Shown piece after piece: positions 18,548-25,850 of a stretch of 25,850 nucleotides of DNA. Source of the stretch: a virus. Its lineage: Duplodnaviria > Caudoviricetes. The notes beneath the pieces were generated by a model. That model was given only the letters and a program-made list of their open reading frames with translations, was not told the DNA's origin and searched no databases. The DNA lies in IMG/VR virus record IMGVR_UViG_3300012953_007654, positions 1 through 25,850 of that record; one strand, given 5' to 3'. How positions within the stretch are numbered: position 1 is the first letter of the stretch; each line of letters starts with the position of its first letter. The position numbers and the translations under genes are program-made.

Positions 18548-19225
18548 ATGGGATACTTAAACAACGCAACCACAGTACTGGACGCTGTTTTAACAAAAAA
18601 AGGTCGTGAGCTACTATCTCGTGGAGAGCAAGCTTTTAATATAACAAAATTTGCACTTTCTGACGATGAAGTAGATTACTCTTTGTGGAATGTTGCTCAT
18701 CCTCTTGGTACAGATTACTACGGTACAGTAATAGAAAACTTACCGTTACTTGAACCAACAACAGATCCTGATACTGTTATGAAGTATAAACTTATAACAC
18801 GTAATGATCTACCAAATAAGCTACCTGTAATATCATCTATAGTTGATCAGACAGTAATTTGGAATCAGAACGTTGCAGGAGCACCTGTTACAATAGCACC
18901 AAACTTGGTCAATGTAGATGTTCAAGGAGAATTTATGTTTACAGTATTAAATTCTTCTATTGCATACTTGACTGCTGGTGGTACAGGAGCAGTTGGAACA
19001 GGGAATATTGATTACTCAACTAGTTTAGATTCTATTAGCCAAACAGTAGTTGGATCAACATGCGCAATTAGAGCAAAATCTGTTCAAGACAATACTACTA
19101 GTGGTCAGCCAGACCCAACAACAACTGTTGTTGTAACTAGTATTGAGTGGGGTGCTACAGCAGCTTTTACTATAACTGTTAATTATGTTCCAAATGATGC
19201 TGGTGGTAATCAAAGCCCAGCTTAA
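18548..19225 (+). CDS. Baseplate/tail-associated structural protein (paralog A1)
   Basis: DAVLTKKGRELL...ITKFALSDDEVDYSL...YYGTVIENLP; the T-x2-G...FAL-x-D start recalls tail-collar/baseplate proteins. Confidence 0.7.
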   Translation: MGYLNNATTVLDAVLTKKGRELLSRGEQAFNITKFALSDDEVDYSLWNVAHPLGTDYYGTVIENLPLLEPTTDPDTVMKYKLITRNDLPNKLPVISSIVDQTVIWNQNVAGAPVTIAPNLVNVDVQGEFMFTVLNSSIAYLTAGGTGAVGTGNIDYSTSLDSISQTVVGSTCAIRAKSVQDNTTSGQPDPTTTVVVTSIEWGATAAFTITVNYVPNDAGGNQSPA

Positions 19226-19245
19226 TAAAATATAAGGAATAGACT

Positions 19246-19689
19246 ATGTCTTTTATCGACCGATCAACCTTAGTAGTTGATGCAGTATTAACAAAAGTAG
19301 GACGACAAAGATTATCTGAAAATAATTTTCTTGTCGACAAATTTGCTTTGGGTGATGATGAAATAGACTATTCTCTTTATAATGAAGCCAACACAGGCGG
19401 TCCTAATAATTACGGTATTATAATAGAGAATATGCCAATTCATCAAGCATTTACTGCTACTGATTTAGCTTTACAATATAAATTAGTAACACAACCCTTA
19501 GGTGATAACAACACGCCAAGTATTGCAGAAAGCGTGCCTTCTTCACTGACAGTCTCAGGTGAGGGTGATGCTTTAGTAATATCTCCTGGAACACTGAATG
19601 GTTTTGGTGATGAAGACTATATTTTTGAATTAGCCAGCAATCAAGACGTGACAATAACACCTGGTAACGTTTTAGAAGGAAATGAATAA
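19246..19689 (+). CDS. Paralog of 18548..19225, N-terminal part only (A2-N)
   Basis: DAVLTKVGRQRL...VDKFALGDDEIDYSL...YGIIIENMP...YKLVT aligns with A1 but stops before the A1 C-terminal strands. Confidence 0.8.
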   Translation: MSFIDRSTLVVDAVLTKVGRQRLSENNFLVDKFALGDDEIDYSLYNEANTGGPNNYGIIIENMPIHQAFTATDLALQYKLVTQPLGDNNTPSIAESVPSSLTVSGEGDALVISPGTLNGFGDEDYIFELASNQDVTITPGNVLEGNE

Positions 19690-20369
19690 TGCCAACAAGA
19701 TCAAGCGGAAGAAGTGGTAGATCAAGTAGGTCAAGTAGGACTAGCGCTACAAGAAATACAAATACAACTAGAAGTACTAGTCAAACTAATAGAGATACAT
19801 CAGCTGCTGATTCAAGAAGTACTGCTTCTAGAAGCACTGAGTCTAGAAGTACTTATACACCACCTAACAGAAATGATAGACAGTCAACTGTTTCTCCTCC
19901 AGCAATTCAAAGGACAGAAGTAGAACAAACACCACAACGTGATATGACACCTCCAGCAGAAAGAGAGGCACAAGAAATAAATAGAGAAAGAGAAGAACAA
20001 GTCAGAGAAACATTAAATTCACGTGACGAGGCTACATTAGAGAGGGAAGATCTAGTAAGAGATGTATCAAATAGAGGTGTTCAAGAAACAATCACTGCCA
20101 GAGAAGTAACACTTGTGGCACGTGATGTATCGTCTACAACACAGGTCGAATTAGTAATAACAGGTGTTGAATCAGGCGCTGTAAGAAGAGTTACTGTTAA
20201 CATTGAGCCTGGTCCTAGCAGACTAAATAGAGAAATAAACGGATCTAGACCACCGTTTACTAGAAATACTAGAAGAAGAACACAAAGTCCACCTAGAGAA
20301 ACTACTGCAAGACGCAGCAATACTACAACAAGAAGTCCAGGTAACACTAGAACAACAACAAGAAGATAA
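19689..20369 (+). CDS. Arg/Ser/Thr-rich low-complexity protein containing the missing C-terminal segment of paralog A2
   Basis: TAATG-coupled. Core ETITAREVTLVAR...VELVITGVESGAVRRVTVNI resembles A1 QTVVGSTCAIRAK...TTVVVTSIEWGATAAFTITV. Confidence 0.75.
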   Translation: MPTRSSGRSGRSSRSSRTSATRNTNTTRSTSQTNRDTSAADSRSTASRSTESRSTYTPPNRNDRQSTVSPPAIQRTEVEQTPQRDMTPPAEREAQEINREREEQVRETLNSRDEATLEREDLVRDVSNRGVQETITAREVTLVARDVSSTTQVELVITGVESGAVRRVTVNIEPGPSRLNREINGSRPPFTRNTRRRTQSPPRETTARRSNTTTRSPGNTRTTTRR

Positions 20370-20396
20370 AAATTTATTGAAAAGGTAAACAATACA

Positions 20397-20404
20397 ATAT
20401 TTAT
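20397..20404 (+). promoter_or_regulatory. Putative late promoter ATATTTAT
   Basis: Intergenic, upstream of the AGGAG SD and ATG 20428. Confidence 0.6.
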
Positions 20405-20427
20405 TAAACGAATAGGAGTTAGATATT

Positions 20428-21459
20428 ATGTCAATTTTTACACAGTTCACACCAGAAGAAGATATAAAGACAGGAAACATTAGTGTTGTTTCGTCTGGCA
20501 TGTGGTCAGGCGGTATAGGAACACTAAATTCCTTTTATACATCTTCAACACAAAGCGGAAGCACAGGTGAGCATTACTATGATGTTTATAACGGATCAGT
20601 TGGAACAAATGCTACAGCTTCTATTCAATTTTCTGTCGCTTATGGTCACTTTGCAGGATCAGGATCTAGAACAGGTGATTCTAACTTCTCATCTGCAAAA
20701 GCTATTTATAGACAATTAAGAAATTTATTATTACCACAAGGTACCGAAAAATTTAAATCAGGCGCTTATCAAGGTGGCGGAACTGATGCAGATACAGACG
20801 TAATTTTTGCAGTCAGTCTAAATAGAGGCAGGCTAAAAGAAAAGATGGATCCAGGTAACTGGGAATTGCGTCTTTCTGGCTCAAATGGCCAAATACTACA
20901 CTTAATTGATGATAGTGGTGCGACAAATGACCCTAATGTAAGAAATACTTCAAGAGAATTTAATGTTATTTCAGGATCAATAGCGGCTGGTACTGCAGTT
21001 ATTGGTGGTGCTTCAACAGCATCATTTGGAAAGTTCTTTCCGGAAACTGGAATACTAGTACTTGATTCCACAAGACTAAACAACGGCAGTGGCACAGGTA
21101 TCTCAATGTCATCTTATAATACAGGCTCAAATACACACGGTGATAATGCATCAGTATTTTTTAATGCTGTTTCAGGAGGTGCATATTTTGCAGCTAGGAG
21201 AGAAGAGCAAATTAAGTCTACTCATTACTTTTGTAGAGTAAGGCATAATGAATATAATCATAGCCAAAATCCAACATACACATCTGGTAGTCAGGGTGAT
21301 TTACAGATCGCTTCGTTTAGAAATGATCCAAAGTCATATATTACTACAGTTGGTCTTTACAATAATGCTAATGAATTGTTGGCAGTTGCAAAACTTTCAA
21401 GACCAATTCTGAAGTCGACTTCCCGTGAAGCATTAATTAAAGTAAGATTAGACTTCTAA
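20428..21459 (+). CDS. Baseplate/tail-associated structural protein (paralog B1)
   Basis: C-terminal YITTVGLYNNANELLAVAKLSRPILK...KVRLDF; KEKMDPGNWEL...LIDD. Confidence 0.7.
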   Translation: MSIFTQFTPEEDIKTGNISVVSSGMWSGGIGTLNSFYTSSTQSGSTGEHYYDVYNGSVGTNATASIQFSVAYGHFAGSGSRTGDSNFSSAKAIYRQLRNLLLPQGTEKFKSGAYQGGGTDADTDVIFAVSLNRGRLKEKMDPGNWELRLSGSNGQILHLIDDSGATNDPNVRNTSREFNVISGSIAAGTAVIGGASTASFGKFFPETGILVLDSTRLNNGSGTGISMSSYNTGSNTHGDNASVFFNAVSGGAYFAARREEQIKSTHYFCRVRHNEYNHSQNPTYTSGSQGDLQIASFRNDPKSYITTVGLYNNANELLAVAKLSRPILKSTSREALIKVRLDF

Positions 21460-21478
21460 ATTATTATACTACTTTAAT

Positions 21479-21512
21479 AAAGCCCCTTCTAAGAATCTGT
21501 AGGGGCTTTTTT
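21479..21512 (+). terminator. Rho-independent terminator
   Basis: AAAGCCCCT/AGGGGCTTT stem with a 13-nt loop followed by a T-run, 20 nt after the B1 stop. Confidence 0.8.
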
Positions 21513-21524
21513 GTTATAAGGGAA

Positions 21525-21533
21525 ATATTTATA
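21525..21533 (+). promoter_or_regulatory. Putative late promoter ATATTTATA
   Basis: Immediately after the terminator and 17 nt before ATG 21551, where re-initiation is required. Confidence 0.7.
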
Positions 21534-21550
21534 ATTAAAGAGAATTAGAT

Positions 21551-22651
21551 ATGTTTGGAGACATAGATCAATCAGATAAAAGAGTAACACCTATAAAGGT
21601 TCATAAGAGGTTTACTGCGCAGAAGTATGATACAATAGATAATACTTCTTATTTAGGTGTTATGTCTATGAAAGCTATAAAGCCTACTGTAGGACAATTG
21701 CACATGTTTCGAACAGGTTCTTCAAATCATCACGGACCTACTGCATCATTTGTTACAGGCGGAGTGACTTATTCAAAATATTCTTGGCTAATGTATCGGC
21801 AGCTGCATCATCAATTTTTTAATTATGCCGGAACATCAAACCCAAGAAGCAATACAACACCTCAGCCGCAATATGTTTTAGATCAATATTATAAACCTTG
21901 GGGGCGTGGTGGGATCGTATCATCATCAAATACTGTAAGAGACTATGAGACATTAGGGTTAAGAAAGGTTCATGATCAAATCAATGTCTTTAGTATTCCA
22001 CAACAATTATATGGCGAACAAATTAAAACTGGCTCAGTAGAAATAACAGACTATTCTACGAACGGAACAATAGTATTAAAAGATGATGGATATGGAAACT
22101 TATATGACTCAGCATTTGAAACGCACTACTTAAGTGCAAGCTTAGATGCTAACGGGTCTGGATCTTCAGTTGGTACAGTATCATACACACAAGGTGTTGT
22201 TATGGTAACTGACACAGGCAGTTATGGCACTATTGGTCAAGGGACAGGTTCGAATGGTTGGAAATTAAAATGGGATGCGACAAAGACGATGTATGAACAT
22301 GAGTATACAGTTGTTATTCCACCAAACTCTTTTAACAGAACAAGAAATATTAGCATTACTAAGGCAAGAAGTGGAAGCTTATCAATTAATCAAAGTGTTG
22401 CGCAGTCAGGTGTTGCAACACTAAGAGAAATATTACCTGCACCTGCAGAAAGTCTGTATAATACAACAACAGCCCATATAGCTGCAACAGATGTTGCTAA
22501 TTTTGCAACACATTCTGCATTTGCGCCTTATGTTACAACCGTAGGGCTGTATAATGATTTTAATGAATTACTAGCAGTAGCTAAATTATCTAAGCCAGTA
22601 AAAAATGATCCTGAACTAGCGCTGTCATTTGTTGTGAGATTCGATATTTAA
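21551..22651 (+). CDS. Baseplate/tail-associated structural protein (paralog B2)
   Basis: C-terminal YVTTVGLYNDFNELLAVAKLSKPVK...VRFDI is nearly identical to B1; GEQIKTGSVEI...LKDDGYGNL. Confidence 0.7.
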   Translation: MFGDIDQSDKRVTPIKVHKRFTAQKYDTIDNTSYLGVMSMKAIKPTVGQLHMFRTGSSNHHGPTASFVTGGVTYSKYSWLMYRQLHHQFFNYAGTSNPRSNTTPQPQYVLDQYYKPWGRGGIVSSSNTVRDYETLGLRKVHDQINVFSIPQQLYGEQIKTGSVEITDYSTNGTIVLKDDGYGNLYDSAFETHYLSASLDANGSGSSVGTVSYTQGVVMVTDTGSYGTIGQGTGSNGWKLKWDATKTMYEHEYTVVIPPNSFNRTRNISITKARSGSLSINQSVAQSGVATLREILPAPAESLYNTTTAHIAATDVANFATHSAFAPYVTTVGLYNDFNELLAVAKLSKPVKNDPELALSFVVRFDI

Positions 22652-22684
22652 TAATGGGTATATGTCAAAATTAGGAGAAAACAG

Positions 22685-23971
22685 ATGTTAAAGAAAATAA
22701 TAATAGGTTTACTATTAACCTCATCTTTGTTTGCAGAGACTGAGTTGTGGAAATTTTTTAAATATTCTACAGCATACGCTAGTTTTAGCCTTAATGCGCC
22801 ACGATATCAAGATGACAGGTTTGCTATTATTGGCGGCTTGAGTACTGGACAACTAGTTGTTGATAGAGACAAACGTGATCTTAAACCAGACTTTCAAAAA
22901 TCTTTTGGATTAAGAAAAATTGGTAGGTTTAAATATGAACCTAAACGAGGTGTGAAAAACGCAGGTAAAGGTGGTACTTGGTATGACGGTTCAGAAAAAA
23001 ATGCAAATGAAAGTGCTACTATTGCTCCAGTTAAAGGTTGGGAGTATTTATTTAAATGGACACAAGGACGTCAATGGGGCGAAGAATACTTAAATCAAGA
23101 ATATTGGGTAAGATACACAGGAGATTGGTGGTTGGCAAAAATTGGCTGGACAGAATACGGTTTAGAAGAAATCAATTACGGTCAAGGAGACTTGCGTGTA
23201 AAATGGACACCAGAATTTTTAGATAATAAATTAACACTTAGTGTTGGTGGTAAACATAGGCAACATCCAGTTTATGGGTTTGATGCTATGATTTTAGATA
23301 CAACATGGTATAGAGGTGAATGGTGGAAATTTGCTGAAAAAGCGTTTGGCATAGATGATAATGCATGGTTCACAGAAGACTATCATTTAAATGGTGATCA
23401 AGATATTCAATTATATGAAATAGATCCTGAAACAGGAGAGCTTAGAGAAATTGAAGGTGGTGGACCATTTTGGAATGATGATGGAAGATTTGTAGGTGTT
23501 GATTGGCTGTGGAGAGATACTGATGGTAGAATATTTGCTTATACAGATAGAGAATATTTCTTATATCACTTTCCTGGCATGTTAGAAGAATATATTGAGG
23601 GAGTAAAAACTGACTTAGGATTTATGAAAGAAACAAGTATTGTATTGGGCCTTGATTTCTATCACCACTCAGATAATTGGTGGTTACATGCTTGGGGTAA
23701 TTGGTTACCGTATCATTTTGGACATGATCCACATGCATATCACAATGCGTCACATTATAAAATGCACAAAGAAAATGGTGGTAAACCACATGAGTTTGAA
23801 TTTAAAGATCCAATGTGGCACACATGGAATGATTATGATTACGGTGCAATATTAGGTGTTAAGCTACAAGACAATCTTGGAGTTTTTGCAGAAGGAAAAT
23901 ATTTATATTATTGGGAACGTCCTGCTTATGATTTTAAGTTTGGATTAAATTATCAATTTATGGGATTTTAA
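22685..23971 (+). CDS. Secreted aromatic-rich protein, probable outer-membrane beta-barrel
   Basis: Sec signal MLKKIIIGLLLTSSLFA; alternating beta-strand patterns; C-terminal YDFKFGLNYQFMGF ending in Phe (BAM beta-signal-like). Confidence 0.6.
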   Translation: MLKKIIIGLLLTSSLFAETELWKFFKYSTAYASFSLNAPRYQDDRFAIIGGLSTGQLVVDRDKRDLKPDFQKSFGLRKIGRFKYEPKRGVKNAGKGGTWYDGSEKNANESATIAPVKGWEYLFKWTQGRQWGEEYLNQEYWVRYTGDWWLAKIGWTEYGLEEINYGQGDLRVKWTPEFLDNKLTLSVGGKHRQHPVYGFDAMILDTTWYRGEWWKFAEKAFGIDDNAWFTEDYHLNGDQDIQLYEIDPETGELREIEGGGPFWNDDGRFVGVDWLWRDTDGRIFAYTDREYFLYHFPGMLEEYIEGVKTDLGFMKETSIVLGLDFYHHSDNWWLHAWGNWLPYHFGHDPHAYHNASHYKMHKENGGKPHEFEFKDPMWHTWNDYDYGAILGVKLQDNLGVFAEGKYLYYWERPAYDFKFGLNYQFMGF

Positions 23972-24120
23972 TGCCGAGTAAAAAAGCAAAAGAACGAAAA
24001 AGAAAACGACATACATTAAATAAAAAATGGGCAGTAGAAGGAAGAACTTCTAACCAACACAAGAAGTGGTTAGAAAAGAATTCTGGAAAAACTGAAAATA
24101 GATTTGGGGTTAAGCGATGA
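23971..24120 (+). CDS. Small highly basic protein (49 aa; MPSKKAKERKRKRHTLNKKWAVEGRTSNQHKKWLEKNSGKTENRFGVKR)
   Basis: Not in the ORF track; exactly fills the gap with TAATG and ATGA overlaps at its two ends. Confidence 0.75.
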   Translation: MPSKKAKERKRKRHTLNKKWAVEGRTSNQHKKWLEKNSGKTENRFGVKR

Positions 24121-24719
24121 AAAATACTGATGAATTATATTACACTATAAACGCTTTATTTGGTTGTTTATTAATGACAGCAATGTTTATATTTCCTGCT
24201 TGTGAAGATACAAGAGTAGAAGAAGAAATCGTTCTAGAACCAAAAATGGAAATGTGGGTTAATGGTGATCCTATTGATCCATACGAGTACTATGGCTCAA
24301 TAACAACCTATGGAGAAAAAACTATAGGTGATGATGGCAAAGTTAAAAAACTATTAGTATTGCATTTTCAAAGAGAAATTGGAAGAGTATTACCAGAATT
24401 AGAACACTATGCCACTATATGGTATGATAATGATGGTGACAATAATGGCAACTTAATAGATCCCGGCTTATATTTGAATTATGGAGTTGAAGATACAGTC
24501 AATAGGGATAAAACAATAAACTTAGAAATAATAGGTAGTTTTGATTATACTGAATTTGGACAGTCAGAAATATCTAAAGTCGAAGATGGTAAAGTTTCTG
24601 GGATGGTTAATGGACAATTTTATAATCCATATAGAGATGAAATGCAAATCGCATTATTAATTTTTGAAAACGTAGAAATAGGTACAGATCCAGAAGCAAC
24701 CTTCTATACTGGAGAATAA
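24117..24719 (+). CDS. Putative lipoprotein
   Basis: Hydrophobic segment ending FIFPA-C(29), followed by acidic EDTRVEEE; beta-rich acidic mature domain. Confidence 0.65.
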   Translation: MKNTDELYYTINALFGCLLMTAMFIFPACEDTRVEEEIVLEPKMEMWVNGDPIDPYEYYGSITTYGEKTIGDDGKVKKLLVLHFQREIGRVLPELEHYATIWYDNDGDNNGNLIDPGLYLNYGVEDTVNRDKTINLEIIGSFDYTEFGQSEISKVEDGKVSGMVNGQFYNPYRDEMQIALLIFENVEIGTDPEATFYTGE

Positions 24720-24723
24720 TGGT

Positions 24724-25305
24724 ATGAATGGAGACGTTAAAATAGGAAGACTACTTTGTGATCATGATATTATTACAAAGCGGCAACTAAATCAAGCACT
24801 TCAATTGCAAGTAAAGGGAGATAAGCGAAGTTTAGGCGAGTTACTCGTTGAGAAAGGATTTTGCTCACTTCAAGATATCACCGAAATAATATTAGAGCAC
24901 GGTAATGGTCACGAAGAAAAACAAGAAGAAATCACTGAAAAAATAGAGCCTAAAGAAGAAGTGGTTAAAGAATTGAGTGAAGACACAAAATTTTCTATGT
25001 CAATACAAACAATGGTTGCAATAGGAACAGCTATAGCATCTTTAGTTGGAATGTATTATATGCTTATCGGTGAAATAGAAGAAGCAAAACAATTACCAAG
25101 TTTAGAAACACTATATAAAGCCGAATACCCGTCTAGACCGGAGGGATATAATTGGCCAAGATCATATGAACAGTATAAAGACCAAGTTGGTACATTGCAA
25201 GATGACATGGATGAAGCATACGGTGATATTGAAGATATGAAAGATATTATTAAAGAATTAAGAAAAGATATTAAAGACCTCGAAAAGAGAAAACGGGACA
25301 AATAG
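24724..25305 (+). CDS. MshEN (T2SSE_N)-like domain + single TM + coiled-coil protein
   Basis: KIGRLLCDHDIITKRQLNQALQLQ and SLGELLVEKGFCSLQDITEIILEH follow the tandem 24-aa MshEN motif. TM: TMVAIGTAIASLVGMYYML. Heptad-rich C-terminus. Confidence 0.7.
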   Translation: MNGDVKIGRLLCDHDIITKRQLNQALQLQVKGDKRSLGELLVEKGFCSLQDITEIILEHGNGHEEKQEEITEKIEPKEEVVKELSEDTKFSMSIQTMVAIGTAIASLVGMYYMLIGEIEEAKQLPSLETLYKAEYPSRPEGYNWPRSYEQYKDQVGTLQDDMDEAYGDIEDMKDIIKELRKDIKDLEKRKRDK

Positions 25306-25314
25306 GAGTTTGTT

Positions 25315-25686
25315 ATGAAAAAAATACTTTTATCGTTATTTCTGTTAGCCTCTTTAAGTGCGCAAGTAACAGACAAAAATTTTAAAGAAAAGGTAGGTGA
25401 TGGCGTAGTAGTCGTAGTATTTGGCTCTAAATGGGCTGAAAGCGACGGACTGAACTATGTAGATGGTGTTAAGGGGCATGAAGATGCAAAAGTACTACAA
25501 GTTATGTCTGAAGATACTAAGAAAGCATGTAAAAAATTAAGAATACGAAATTATCCGTCTATTGCATTATATGTTAATGGTGATAAAATAGACACTTGGA
25601 AAGGCGATATGGATGGAATAATTGAAGTTGAACCAGAAGACATAAAGGATGCCATTGAAGAAGCATTAGCTGGGGAGCAATACTAA
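25315..25686 (+). CDS. Secreted thioredoxin-fold protein lacking CXXC
   Basis: Signal peptide, then VTDKNF...VVVVFGSKWAES (in place of WCxxC)...IRNYPSIALYVNG (cis-Pro loop). Confidence 0.75.
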   Translation: MKKILLSLFLLASLSAQVTDKNFKEKVGDGVVVVVFGSKWAESDGLNYVDGVKGHEDAKVLQVMSEDTKKACKKLRIRNYPSIALYVNGDKIDTWKGDMDGIIEVEPEDIKDAIEEALAGEQY

Positions 25687-25850
25687 TGATAAAATTGCAG
25701 GATGTATTACTACAAGAATACAAAAGAAAATATAAAAAGCATTGGTCCTACGAAGCGTATACTGATCAGGAAGAGGAATATTTTGATGAGGTAGAAGACG
25801 ATTTAAAAAAGATGTTTGGTAAGGATAAAATTTACCAAATAAACGATTTT
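25686..25850 (+). CDS. Partial hypothetical protein (MIKLQDVLLQEY..., runs off the window)
   Basis: TAATG overlap; frame open to the window end. Confidence 0.65.
   Translation, partial: MIKLQDVLLQEYKRKYKKHWSYEAYTDQEEEYFDEVEDDLKKMFGKDKIYQINDF

Noticed and set aside
19689-19860. CRISPR array or DNA tandem repeat in the AGATCAAG/TAGAAGTACT-rich stretch
   Set aside because: The repeats are short, degenerate and codon-phased, reflecting the R/S/T low-complexity protein; there is no repeat-spacer periodicity.
14231-23855. Short alternative-frame + strand ORFs (14231..14416, 19714..19923, 23640..23855)
   Set aside because: Fully nested in larger genes, with no SD or recognisable motifs.
2156-25376. 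Minus-strand ORFs in the track (e.g. 3928..4188, 5874..6290, 20081..20392, 25056..25376)
   Set aside because: All lie antisense to long, motif-bearing + strand genes and have shadow-like composition with no supporting signals.
1-25850. Stop-codon reassignment as seen in some large phages
   Set aside because: Code 11 gives near-complete coding density with intact long ORFs; TAA, TGA and TAG all end genes at sensible positions.

Overview
This AT-rich window has every credible gene on the + strand in standard code 11, many of them translationally coupled (TAATG/ATGA overlaps). It looks like part of a large, probably aquatic, contractile-tailed (T4-like baseplate) phage genome. Left: a phage tmRNA (272-689) whose tag reading frame is unusually long (37 codons) and carries a three-way-junction RNA insert. 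It is followed by a small ORF, a 3D-domain protein, an HD hydrolase and a gp55-like late sigma factor. Middle (3174-22651): a baseplate/tail operon with a gp5-like spike, gp25, gp6, a 2478-aa wedge/receptor-binding-like protein and two paralog pairs (one apparently split). Several of these genes are preceded by a recurring ATATTTAT motif, and their proteins are strongly enriched in [S/T]GS. Right (22685-25686): a coupled envelope module of a beta-barrel-like secreted protein, a basic peptide, a lipoprotein, an MshEN-like/TM/coiled-coil protein and a secreted thioredoxin fold without CXXC. All family calls come from motif recognition by eye; no searches were run.
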